Assembly (NCBI GenBank): GCA_964057225.1
Contig: OZ059898.1
Span: 3,968,001-4,032,000, forward strand
Reading direction: 5' to 3'
Length of the DNA: 64,000 bases
Origin: Auanema rhodensis
Lineage: Eukaryota > Animalia > Nematoda
In this document: positions 1 through 24,487 of the stretch, piece after piece
Layout: each line of letters begins with the position of its first letter
Position numbering within the stretch: the first letter of the stretch is position 1
Notes under the pieces: generated by a model
Seen by the model: only the letters and a program-made list of their open reading frames with translations
What the model was told of the DNA's origin: nothing
Database searches by the model: none
Translations under genes and position numbers: made by a program

Positions 1-14
1 CCTGAAATATATAG

Positions 15-8120
<8,106 letters not shown>

Positions 8121-9445
8121 TTGTCCTTATAAATGCTGTATAACATCTGTTTCCAAACCGCTGGTCGGTCTGCCTAGAAGTTATAGCTTAGGGCGAATCA
8201 TAGTAATTGTACACTTCACTTGCATCCCTTGTATATAGTATAATATTTAGTTGATATGTGCACCCTTATTTATTTGTGGTATTCTCAGTTGTTATTTCGT
8301 CTTGTCTATAGTCTTCTCGTGGTCTCCCTTTGAAAGAGAATTTATATAAACTGTTTTACCATCCCTTGTCTTGAGCGCCTTTGTTGTTTATTGTCTTGTT
8401 CCTGCTCCAATGTTCTCAGTTTTTATAAGATGTAACGTGGTCCGGCCATGCGCTCTGTGAGATTGACATTTCCGTTTTTATCCACGTTTTATCTTTTTGT
8501 ATCTTTATTAGATATTTATGCAATTATTATCCAATTAAGTCGGTGTTCTTCTTCTAAGTTTCTTAGGGAAGTCCGATGGTTGGCTAAATGTGATCTGCCT
8601 GAGATCAAGGCCTATCCGTTTCCTTGGTTTTGGTGAATTAAGCGTGCCTCCGTCGCTTTTTTTATTTCGTAACCCGTGATGAGACGAGGCTATCTTTCTA
8701 ATAATACTATTACATGATTTCATTTTCTTACCGGTAGCCTCGTTTGTTAAACTAATTTGCATTCGTTTAATATTAATGTGTCACAGATGTTTGTACTTAT
8801 ATATGAATGAGCAAATAAATAGATAATTGAAATTTTTTGCTATTACATAATTATTATGATGAAAGCTATTTCATATTGGTCAAGATTAACTTTCTTTCTA
8901 GCCTACAGGGCCCCTGGGCAAGTGTTTCCTGTTCAATTCATTAGTTGTTTTAGTAAGTACTTTATGATTATCACTCATAGTGATTAATATACATATGAAG
9001 ATCAGACCGTTTTTAATAAACCTTATCAGTAAATTGCAAATATAGATATTATTTATTCTTTGTTACTCCTATTGATTTTACGTTTCATGTTTTAATTAAT
9101 TCCTGAAGATTTAAGAAAGAATATTAAATAAAACAAGTAAAAACTTGTTCAACAAAAAGCAAATAAAATAAATTTTCAATGTAGCGTTCCTCGCATATAT
9201 TAATAATATACATGGAAACGAAAATGTAGATAACGTAAAACGGAACTTGTAGAAACAGGAAAGGTGTACTATCACATGCTTATGATATCGCGTCATGTTC
9301 AAAAGGCTTTTGCTTATCAATCAAGAACATTGTACCCACAAACGCATATAAGAATTGGTAGAATACTTAATAAATACTCTTAGAATCGTTTTCATTTTTT
9401 TTAATGAATATGTAAATAAATATATATTTTAATTAATTTTTATAG

Positions 9446-12285
<2,840 letters not shown>

Positions 12286-12827
12286 ATAGGCTGTTCTAGA
12301 ATTCAATGTTAGCAATACACAAGTTATCTGAACATCATATATTTATTCATGTTTTCATTCATTATGTATTCATACAGTCCAGAAACTTAATAAATTTCAT
12401 TTGAAATTGGACTTCTATTCCTAGCACTTTGCACTCCTATTGTTAAGTTTGTGTATTTAGAATGTTACACAGTATGTCACAGGAATGTGATAAGGACAAT
12501 ATCATATGAATAAGGCTAAATATAAATATTATTTATTTTGTATTAGTTAACCTTACGAATGAGCTCAATATGCGTTCATATACATTTCATTGATGCTTGA
12601 CTTTCTTATCTTATCATCTTACATGCCTCGATATATACTTCCTGAGTAAAGAAAAAACGAAAAAGAGTTGTTGTTAGTTAATATCCAAAAATTTAATTAA
12701 AATAATAATATTTAATAATTATTTAACTATGTGAGAATGTTTTGTTTTATGTGTTTGTTTTAGTCAGAAATATTCACATAGCTAATTGTACATGTCATTT
12801 TTGTCTTGCAGGTTTTCAAAGTAAAAT

Positions 12828-15800
12828 ATGAAGATTCGTGAATTGATTATATATTTATTCATATTAGTGGTTTACAATCAAACTGAAACTATTGATTTAA
12901 ATGGAAAATGGAGTTTAAATCAAGTAGGAAAACCTGAAACATATAAAGGTAACGTAATTTAAGAAATAGACTCGAGAGTAACTAAAAATAGTTCGTTGCT
13001 CATTTTTCTATTTTAGGAAATGTTCCTGGTGATGTTCATACAGATCTTTATTTAAATAAAGTTATTGAAAATCCTTTATATGGTGATAATCCTATTAAAC
13101 ACCAATGGATTGGTAGAACAGATTGGATTTACACTACAGAATTCATATTATCAAAACAACAGCTTCAGGCACCAACTTATATTAACTTAACCTATATTCA
13201 GAAATACCACTTAAGGCTAAAGGAAAAATTTTAAACTTTGACGGAATCGATACAGTATCCAGCGTATTTTTAAATGGAAAAACTATTATTACAACCAATA
13301 ATATGTTCTTAGCATATACTGTTGATGTGACGTATTTGTTAGAAGAAAAAAATAAGCTTGAAGTTTATCTTTATTCACCTGTAAAATATGCTCAGAATCA
13401 ATCAGATAATTATGTGGTTTGTGAAGGAATAAATAGTATTTATTTCATTTTCAATACAAAGTATAGAAACAATTTGGCCATTCAGTACCTCCGCAATGCC
13501 CACCAGATCTATATAATGGTGAATGCCATATGAATATGATAAGGTGAAATAAATTATTAAAGTGTTTTTAAAGTATTTTAATTTTAAAATATCTTAAGAA
13601 AAGCTCAATACCAATTTGGTTGGGATTGGGGACCTTCCATACCAACTATGGGTATTTGGAAATCAGTTCAACTTCATTGTATTGATGCTCCATTATTGAA
13701 AGATATATCTTGGACAACAAAACTAATAAACGGTTAGGAAGACACAGATATCAAAGATTTTTCTGCTTTAGACTTCTGGGAAGTAAGAGGTGATATTTTA
13801 TACTTCAAATCTGCCGATGACTATGCCGATATTTGCTCAATATCAATTAGCAGCATATATTCTAAGAAAATTGATGTGAAGTTGCAATATTCAACCCAAA
13901 TCGAGTCAAAATATCCTTTCAAAATCCGTATTCCTAAAGATGAGGTATCATTTAAAGTTTCGTAGTTTCGTTTAAAAATATGAAATGTATTTAATAGGTA
14001 AAGCTATGGTGGCCAAATGGGGAAGGAAGCCAAAGTTTATACGATCTTACCGTTGATTGCGACTCAAATCAAAGTTTGTTATAAGAAACACTTCAATATT
14101 TTCTTTTCTTACAGCTCTGATAAAAAGAATTGGTTTCCGTACTATTGAATTGGTTCAAACTTTCATCAATGAAAATGAGCCACAACAAGGACGCAATTTT
14201 TATTTCAAAATTAATGATCGTCCAATTTTTCTAAAAGGTTCTCCTCTTAAAAAAAATATTTATATAAACATTTTATATTTGTGGGATCAAACTGGATTCC
14301 GGCTACTATGTTTCTTGCCTCTAATTATACCGTTAAAATGAAATATCTATTAGACTCTGCTTCAGAAGTAGGTAAGAACATAATTAAAGAAGAAAACATT
14401 TATATACATATGTACATATTTGTATATATTTTTTTTAATTTTCCTTCAACATAGGAATGAATGCAATACGAGTGTGGGGTGGAGGAGTATATGAAACTGA
14501 AGAATTTTATGAACATGCTAACGAGAAAGGCATTCTTATTTGGCAGGTTAGGTGTTCTAAATTTTTTTCCCATTGTATCTTTTAGGATTTAATGTTTGCT
14601 TGTGCATTATATCCCGTTGACACGAATTTTCTCTCTAATGTTAGAAAAGAACTAAGACAACAGGTATTTATTATAAGTCACCAAAAAAGCAAAGTTTACT
14701 ATAGATTTGGCGTATTCGCAAGCATCCGTCCATACTACTATATGCTGGAGACAATGAATTGGAAACTGCAATTCGCAGCCAATGGTGGCCAAGAAGTGAT
14801 TTTACCGGTTCAACACATTTGCTCCACTGAAATTCAGTATTATTTTATAGAAGAACATCAAGTATCAGATTATTTAAAACTGCGACTAGAAGCTATCAAG
14901 CCAGTTTTAACATCTGTTGATCACACAAGACCATTTGTATTTTCAAGCCCAAGTAATGGAAATTATGGAGAAACGTTCGCTAAATTTTTCTTTTTTTATA
15001 TTTTCAATTTTTCTTTAGTAGTGTTAACATTCCCCTAAATCCCGACGATCCTACTTTAGGGGATATTCATAACTATAACGAGCTTGTAAACCAATGGCAT
15101 GATAACGTATACAACATTCCCAGATGTGTAACTGAATACGGTGTTCAAAGCTTGCCGTTTAGGTGAAACAATTTCAAATATCACCTATGATCATTTCCTT
15201 ACACGAATAGTTTCTACCAATTTTCAGAGAGACAATGCTGAAACATATACCGAATGAAGATTGGTACTACACCAGTCCTAACCTTTATCATCGTCAGCAC
15301 CATCCCATAGGTGCATTAACAAATTTACTCTTAGTATATACTCATTTCCCCGTACGTTGATCTTAATTTCCTCCCTTATCCATTAAAACTATAATTTCAG
15401 ATTAGTGATCAGTGTAAAGGATATAATGCTAAAGAGCTTCATAAATGTTCTTATATAAGAAACGGAACTTCATTTCTCGATCGATTTGCATTTTTCTCTC
15501 AAGCAAATCAAGCTATTATGTATAAGGTGCAGACGGAACATTATAGGAGGTTGAATTTGTTGCAGACCTTTTAACAGAGTTTTGTTTATTAGATATCGTA
15601 ACCGCTTAACATCCGATGGTCGAGGAAATACAATGTGTGCTCTATATTGGCAGTTGAATGACGTTTGGGCTGCCCCAACTTGGTCTTCTATTGATATTGA
15701 GGAACAATGGAAAATAGCCCATTATGAAGCTAGAAGATTTTTCAACAAAATCGCAGTCTCACTTGTAAGTTAGAACCAATTGTGAAAATATCCGCTTTTC

Positions 15801-16441
15801 AAGTTCAGTTCACATCGTCGGAATTTGATATCGGTCTAGCAATTATGAATGATACTCCAGATAAAATTGAAGAACACGTAATAAAACTAAAACAATTTGC
15901 ATGGGACAACGGATTCTTACCCGTCTATAGGAAAGATTATAAAGTCAATGTTAATGCATTTTCAGGAATAGAAGTTGAATTATCAAATAATAAGTGGAAT
16001 ATTACATCAAAATATAACCATAATTTTTGTTTTCTAGCTACGACAGCAATTATTTGTATACAGCGTCCTTGTACAATATTAACCACACTCGTATAGGATA
16101 TGAAACTGTTCTATTCCCGGATAAACTTTACGAGGTATTTCTTCACTTATAACAAAGAGAACAAAAAATGCTATCTTCAGGTGGATTTTTCACTGTTTGG
16201 AGATGTATCAGTGATTTCCCTAAGTAAACAGGACGATTTAACATACGCTATCAGATTAGAAGCTAACTCTTTATCACCCATGACTTGGTTGAGCTGCGTG
16301 CGAGAAATTGCTTGGTTTTCAGATAACGGATTCACAATGACAAATCCTAGGAAAACGGTGTACCTTCATATGAGGAATCCAGGAACAATAGATATAGAGG
16401 ATATCGCTGTGTGTAATTTGAAAACATGTGGTGTCGTGTAA
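12828..16441 (+). CDS. Beta-mannosidase (glycoside hydrolase family 2) with signal peptide; multi-exon
   Basis: Signal peptide [17 protein letters not shown]. Motifs [98 protein letters not shown] and [25 protein letters not shown] acceptor ends 12811 just before the ATG. The model requires two non-canonical introns (see findings). Confidence 0.92.
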
Positions 16442-16579
16442 AATACATACAGCTTGATATCTAAATTCTAATAATTATGAACATCAAACTTTTGTTACAT
16501 TCATGTTGCAGTAAAAATAACAAAAATTACGAATATCTATTCACAATATTTATCGCTTACGGAAGCTATCTACTCTACG

Positions 16580-17279
16580 TTAGAATTGAAATCCTGGCTT
16601 CTTGTCAAAACCGTACTCAGCATACCTACAATTAATTAAATCAAAAAACATATAAAAATAATCTATACCATTTCTTCTCCCACCAGTATTCAGGTTGAGG
16701 AATGAACAATTCGGGTTGATCATAGCCAAGGTCTTCCGGGGTAGAGATACCAAGCTCATCAAGCACTGGGCGAACCTAAGAATTGAATATAAAAAATAAA
16801 CATGTAAACAAAAATATAATTACCTCTTTGATGATGTAATTGTAGATCAGGTCTCTGTTCTTTTGGCTTCCACATTTGATCTTGATAGCCTCAAGGAATC
16901 TAACACAGAGAGAAAAGTCGTTCACACGACGACAGGCACGGAGTCCAGCTTCAACAACTTTGGGGTCGGGAATAACATCATAATCATGTAGCTCGGTAAG
17001 AGCTTAAAGTACAAATGAAAAGCATGTTCAACAACATTAAAACAAAATACCTTTTCTGACCTCCCAGCCATCAATTTCAGGACGGCTAAGATAATCAATA
17101 AAGTGCTTATCAAATTCTGAAAAGATATTTACTACTTATATTGACCTTATGTACTTACTCTCAGCAGGCCATTTTTCCATAATATCATCGTGGTTACCAA
17201 AAGACGTAGTGGAAGTGGCGATTTGGCGAGTACCACGGGCAACCCCTCGGACAACGCTTTTAAGAACAAGCGAGGCCAT
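16580..17279 (-). CDS. cox-5A: Cytochrome c oxidase subunit 5A precursor; multi-exon
   Basis: Mitochondrial transit-like N-terminus MASLVLKSVVRGVARGTRQIA, then DDIMEKWPAE, FIDYLSRPEIDGWEVRK, LHDYDVIPDPKVVEAGLRACRRVNDFSLCVRFLEAIKIKCG, and C-terminal EYGFDKKPGFQF-stop. Confidence 0.95.
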
Positions 17280-18889
17280 ACCTGTATAATTTTTTGCATA
17301 TATAAAATAAATTAAGCAACGAATCAAAAATGAATTAACCATGAACAAACAGAGAGGAATTGAAGATAAAGCTGTTAAAGTGAAAAGAAAAATTTGAAAA
17401 AAAAAATCATTTTATATGAGAAGATAAAAGCACATATAATTGGTTAACAGTTAATTGGTTATTAAGACAGTTAGCATATTTAAATAACTATATATATATA
17501 TATATTTCATTGACATTTAGTATACCGAAAATTAAGCCAACTTTTCCGTTAAATAAAGCATTTTTGAAGTTATTTATTTGGACCGCCCGTTTACTCCCAG
17601 CGCACACTTGGCATACACCTCGGATTACGGTAAAAGACGCACTATGTTGGCTTGATGCCAAGCCTCGGAGCAACACCGCGAACATTTAAATTTCGAATAT
17701 ATTTATTATGTTGCTTTTGATTTGATTTGATTTATTTAATTCTTTCAACAATAATTTTAATTTCCTTGTTGTACCCTTATATTTGTTGTTGAATTTATTT
17801 ATTTTTCAAAAGTTTATTTTTTCTCTGGTTTAATGAATTATTTCTGCATTTCTAATTTACTGCTACACCAATTCTTTATTTTGCTGAAGGAAGTATTTGT
17901 CTTGGATGATCTTTTGTGTCTTATGATTCTCTCATTATTCTTCTTGCAATCTGATTCCAAACCGTTCGTTTCCATCTGACATTTGGATAGATGCGGCAAT
18001 GTGGCTTAATCTGCTCCCTCGGGTATCTGATTGTCCTACTCATCTCAGCTCAACCCTATTGAATTATGAGCTTATTTCTCTTTATATATTCTATTTAATT
18101 GTTTTAACAGTTCTGTTTTCTAATTATGTTAAAAATTCAAACATTGTTATTAACATTAGATTATATTTTTCATATCCTTTTAAAATTATATCTCCTTTAA
18201 AATTTTAAAGTTTGTATTAATTGAAACAGATGACATATTTTGAAATCATATAATTTCTAAAAATTTGTGCTGATTCCTGGGCGTGGTTTCCGGATCCCAG
18301 TGAATAGGGCGGTGCTAATGGTAGAACATCGATTCGCTTTATGGCTTGCCTCAACTGACCTTCGTATTCTAGCAGTTGTATCGTGTTTTGTTTACTAATA
18401 CAGGCTAATTATGAAGTCGGGTTATTTGATACTATGCTTTCTGAAAGACAGCTTCTTATGCATATATGTGAACGTCTTTTCAATATCCTAGGATCTTCAA
18501 ATTTATTTTGGAACTACGTGTCATTTACTTCCTTTATAGCCATTCAATACTTGATTGTGAAGACTAGATTTATACAGTGGGCTCGATTCTACTATGGACG
18601 CCCCCAACTACATTGTTATTCAAATTTTGTTAGAGTGATTCGTCTCTAATCTTTGAATAGCGCAGCTGCGCAATTGTTAAAATGGCGTATTCTATAGTTC
18701 AGCGGCTAAGTGTGAACAGTGCCTCTAAGTAGTTGTTGAGTGTCTTCTGCTTTCCAAAATTTCAAATTATATTAATGTTTTTTCTTTTCTCGAAATTTTT
18801 TCCTTTCGTTTCACCGTTGGTTTATTACGTTTTTAAGTTAGATTAGTTCCAGATGTTTAATGTGTTCGTAACTGTGAAGGATTTATAAT

Positions 18890-21800
18890 ATGCTCAAGAT
18901 GTTTGGGTGTGTGTTTGCAATATATCTATTAGTGATTTGTCCATCATTAGCTAAGGGTTTTTTTCTTCAATTATACCACGCTATAATTTTCGAGTTTCAG
19001 TGGATTTACGGCAATCTGCTTCAAATAAAGCATTCATTGAAACATTAACTGTTGGCAACTATGAAATAGTTCATCCATTTCAAATTCGTGATAAAAATGA
19101 ACGAATGGGAATAGGTATAATTAAAGTAGAGACTCGTAATAATTCCAGTTCAAGATACAAGAAATTACTTCTTAAAAGCTGCTGAACATCATCAGCATGT
19201 AACTATAGTCATTCGTAGCGCAATTATGGGAAGGCTAAAACTAGTATTAGAAAGAAATAATAACATATTTTTAAATCAAACAAATTTTCGTAAGGTGACT
19301 ACAAATTCATTTTCATTTGTTAATGTTTTTTTTTTAGCTAGATACGAATGGCGAACATACTTTGTCAAGTAGAGTTGAAAATTGTTTTTATCAAGGCACA
19401 ATAGCCGGGGATACAAATTCATTTGTTGCGTTATCTTCATGCAACGGTTTGAGGTCAGACCATAGCTCATTTGAATATAAAGTTGTAAACGAAGATTAAA
19501 TTCCAACCATCTGTCCACATTTTATTCGCATAGCATAACTGTTTCAGATTTCAATATCTATTCAAGCAGATGTGCTATGAAACTAAACTATTCTATTTTG
19601 CATTGTTCAGTAATTAGTGTTAATACTTTCAGGGGCGTTCTTGCCTATTCAAATGGGTCTGCCTTTGGTATTTGGCCTTTAGACGGTGGTGATCGAGGAA
19701 GGCGGCATCCACATATTCTGTATAAAACCCAATGGACGAAGGACGCTAAATGTGGAATGGCCTTAGCAGGAGCTGCCCAAGCTGCTCACTTTCGGGTAAG
19801 TTCAATATAATGAGGTTTCTAAAATTTTGTGACGTTGAGTTTTCCTAATACTTGGAAATAGAAAAGATGAGTCATGAGAACTCTACCAGATAAATTCTAT
19901 ATTTCGTCATTCGTGTGCCGTGACAAATCATTAATGTCCCAAGATCTTCTGAGTGACAGACGATTAAAGATGCATGTACAGAAAATAACTTTTTTTCACA
20001 ATAATATAAATACAAAACAACAATGTTGTATAATTTCGTTTATGCACAAATCTTAATATGCGAAATGGAAAATCTTGATATATGACAATTGGCCCGCTTT
20101 ATCGTTTGAACAAAATATATTTACATTCGTTGTTTACGAAGACGTTTTATGAGTATAAGAAACGTGTTCCCTGGGGAGTTCTTTGGTGTTAAATATAAGA
20201 GAATATTATGATTTGTGATGACATGATCTTTAGGCGGCATCCTTTTATTAATAGCGTAAAGATTTTTACCATTGAAACATTTACTCATCCTTTGTCTTTT
20301 CTTGATGTTTAACTGTAAACTTCCGCAAATATGCATTTAAGTATAAGGAAATGGTTTACAAAGTGATGATTGTCATACACACATTAAATGTCTTTTTCAT
20401 CTATGAAAAATTATATTTCCAGACAGTTCGGCAACATAAACTACGACACATGAGAGATTTGTCCCGACAAACCAAATATGTGGAAATAGCTCTTATTGGG
20501 GATTATGAATTTGTGAGTTTTTTTCAATTCTCAAGTTTTTTATTATGAACTTAATGCATTGCCATATGATGAATATTTTAACGTGTGAAGGCGAACACGA
20601 TAAAGATTTATAGTGTTTGATAAACTGGCATTCAGTCGTTATAGTGAATCTGTTGGGGACTCAAACATTCGTCCCCCTGTCAATCATTCTAGTGAACGAT
20701 TAGTTTAAGACTTTAATAAATACATTGAAGTATAGCACATGGATTAAAGTCTAGAACGCAACGATTAAATTAAATCTTTAGCATTGAATAACATCATGTC
20801 AATCATTTTATGATTTACTTTTTGAGTATTTTTTAGATGAAGCAGCATGGATCGGTAGAAGACGAAGCTCTAACTTACATGCTCGAAAGTGTGAATATTG
20901 CGGATTTGGTACGAATACTTTCTTCACTTATTCAAAAGTAAAAGAGAAAAAATCATGTACTTGAAATCCTAATAGATTTTGTCATGAATTGTGCATCTCT
21001 GTTTCGGATATGCTTCCTTTGTGCTTTCAATCGAGTAAAGGAAATGAGAATGAGTAGCCACTCAAAGCGCATATTCAACGATTCGCTAAAAAGCGCATCA
21101 AGACGCTTTAGTTAGGAATATGCGGATGTTGAGAATTAGTTAGGCCCCCTGATTGGAAAGATTTAAGGGATTCAAGGTTTTCATAAACTTTTTTAGATGT
21201 TGTCTCGAGATTTGAATATTCGATTGTCCGTACTATATTCTGAAATGTGGATTGATGCTCAACGTATCGATATTTACGAGGATGTTGAAAGAACCATAGC
21301 TGGAGCAGTGGATTATTCAACTGGTCACATATATCATATTGGTATACTTTTTCTAATCAAGAGTGATGATTATAGTTCTATTTACAGGAAAAGATGCAAC
21401 AATTTTTTTCACAGGAGGTGTTTTTGCTAATAATGAATCGGCCAATGCAGTTTATAAAAGCATATGCACAGCCAGATCTGCTGCAATCATTAAGGTATTA
21501 AACCTTTTTTTGTCATTGCGAAGCTTTTCGATTCTAAAATATTGATTTTTTGGTAATTTGCATATCGCCTCAATGAATCATTTAGTAATGCGCGCTTGGC
21601 TAGTCATGTCAGATTTACGTTTATGCCATATTACAGTATTAATGATCCAAAGCGATATTTAAGCATTAATTCATTTTCGATATTCAACATAAACATATCT
21701 TTCTTACTAAAAGTTATCGACGTATAGTTGCAACAACTTTTTAAAGGGCCCGGATACAAAATCAGCTCAATGGTCAGGCCAATTACTTGCTCAAAGCATA

Positions 21801-23958
21801 GGTCATCTTCTTGGATTAGAACACGATACAGCAAGTTGTCAATGTGATATGGAAAATCATTGTGTTATGTCTCCAACTCCTGGGTATTCTTAATTTATTA
21901 GAAAGCTTATTATTATTTTTATTGCAGAAGTCCTGGATATCCGTTTGCGTGGCAGTTTTCAAAATGTTCAGTTGCTCGTATGCACGGAGTATGGCAAGCT
22001 GGTCATGTTCATTGCTTATTAAATAAGCCTTTCCAAGTAATCATATAAATGAAGTTGTGATATAGAGGATATTTTTCAAGGATAATCAGCTAAGGGAATG
22101 TGGAAATGGCATAGTAGATGCATCTGAAGAATGCGATTGCGGTTCACGTGAACAATGTAATGATCCCTGCTGTGATCCACTAACTTGCACACTTCGAGCT
22201 CACGCGCAGTGTGCAGCTCATCATGCTTGTTGTCATCGTTGCGAGGTGTTGTTGTGAACATATTAATGGTTATCAATAATAGTATTTAGCTGAAAAAAGC
22301 TGGAGAAGTCTGTCGATCCTCGAAATCATCCTGTGACGTTTCGGAAGTTTGCGATGGAAAGGTTAATATTTTTTTTCAAATTTTGCTTGATATCATATAC
22401 ATTTGTAGTCGGGAGATTGCCCAAGCGATGGGTATTTGGTTGACGGAACAACGTGTGGAGAAGATGGACAATGCTGGCAAGGGAACTGTTCGGACCCTCA
22501 ATCACAATGCAAGAATTTATGGGGAAGAGGTAAGATTACTATTATGATTACCACAATGAAATATTATAATTTAAGACGCTAGGGTAGCAGATATATCATG
22601 TTTTGAACAAAATTCGAAAGGATATGAATACGCGAATTGTGGTATTGGTTCAGATGGAATAAAGTAATGTTTTGATGTTTTTTCATCTGTATAGTATATT
22701 TCTGCAGAGCTTGCCAAATAGAAAATGCACGATGTGGTACATTACATTGTGAAGGAGGATCATCTTCCCCCTTGTTAAGCTCGTTGAAAGCATTTACATT
22801 CCAATTCTCTCAGAATTCTCAACAAGTTTGTTCTGAACTACTACTCATTTATTTGAGTTTACTTTTCAGATACAATGTAAGTCAGTTGCTGATGCCCCAT
22901 TTGCTTTATCTGCTGACGGCTCTTCTTGTGGATCTGGGAGAGTGTGTGTTGCCGGGTCCTGTGTTGAGATGACATCGGTGTGTTTAATGTAATTTTTTTA
23001 ATTGAGTTTTCTATTTAATTAATTAGGTTTCTGCTGCCGTTGCTTGTCCATCTAATAACCATGCGTTACAGTGCTCAGGACATGGAGATTGTACAACCAC
23101 CGCGGCAAGCATATATTCTCCCACTGTTATTTAATGTTATATTTTCAGTTATGCGTTTGTTTCGCTGGTTGGAGTGGGGAAGCCTGCGATATTCGTACAA
23201 ATAGTACATTGCGATACAGGAACGATAAAAAGCAAGTACGTTTAGTTCTTTAAATGTCGCGATTATAATTTTTTTCCAGGTTGTGGTTATTCCATCTATA
23301 GCTATGGGTAAAAGCTTAGATACAGCTTCACTACTAGGTCTTCTTTTGTTGGTGAGATATTATATTATAATTTAGTTATCGAGCTATTTTTTTAGGTTGG
23401 TGTGTTTTTATTGATGCTGTTGGTTTGTCTACTATTTTGCTATCGTCGTCAGTCTTCAGTTGAAATACCTACATCCTCAGACGAGAAATTAAACGATTCC
23501 CTACCAGATCAAACTCAAAGATCTATAAAGTTCGGAAATATGCCTAGTTATAGGTACGAAACCAATTATTGACCTTATACATTTTTTATACAGGGAAGAA
23601 AAACGTAAATACAAGAGCAATAAACATATTTATGGAGCTCTAAATAGGATTACTGAAGCGGAAGAACGAGACAATGCAAGTTTAAGATCTAGAGATAGTG
23701 AAGTCCATAGTAACGCTAGTCAGTCGTTATTCGAGACAAGAACTTTGCCCTCCAGGTAAAAGGATATTATGAGCATATTTGTAATAAAAATAATTCAAGC
23801 CGCTCTGATGTTGGTGTATGTGGAGAACGTGGTCACGATCACATATATGCTGATTCCGTTGCCGGAATGGGCTACAGAAACTCGAATCATATATCTCCTA
23901 TACGTAAACGGGTGACAGATGGGTACGGAACTGAAGGAGAAACATATGGCCTGAGGTA

Positions 23959-23996
<38 letters not shown>

Positions 23997-24487
23997 TAAT
24001 AATTTGATTTTGAGGTCATTTGGATCTTGGCGCGAGCAAACTCATATGACACCGAATGCTAGTCCTCGTCACCATGTGCCCAGCCCATTCCGGTTGAAAC
24101 TTGATAATTATGATCAAATGATCAAAAAGGTACAATGCGATGAAGAAGAAAATGTCACAACTTTCACCCATTCTGAACCCCTAGCGTTTCATTGCGGTAT
24201 GTTCATTATAAAAAATCAATTATTAGTTGATATTGCTTACAGATCGCACTTTTGTTACCAAGTTACTCGATAATGAGGAGGAACTATCAGCACATGGAAC
24301 CGAAACTGATCAGGATTTGGGTTCTAATACTGAATCTACAAAGGGTTATGATATTGATACTCATGGCAAGTCAGGACATGATGATAGTATGACATCCCCT
24401 GATCCGCTGAAGTTTGATTTTCGACAGAGTCCATCGCTTTTCAGCGATCCATTTAAATTAGAGATGACTACCTCAATACATACCTAA
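18890..24487 (+). CDS. unc-71: ADAM disintegrin-metalloprotease-like transmembrane protein, catalytically inactive type (UNC-71/ADM-1); multi-exon
   Basis: Signal peptide; prodomain ([32 protein letters not shown]); reprolysin domain ([11 protein letters not shown]) with degenerate Zn motif [12 protein letters not shown] (21792-21827); disintegrin ([16 protein letters not shown]); Cys-rich and EGF (CSGHGDCTT) domains; TM helix ([25 protein letters not shown]); cytoplasmic tail ending [15 protein letters not shown]. Confidence 0.93.

Noticed and set aside
8448-8762. ORFs on both strands downstream of set-16
   Set aside because: They lie in the probable long 3' UTR before AATAAA at 8814 and show no recognisable protein
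17488-17685. 65-aa minus-strand ORF over the GC island
   Set aside because: Runs into a TA repeat, has no splice support or motif, and is treated as non-coding
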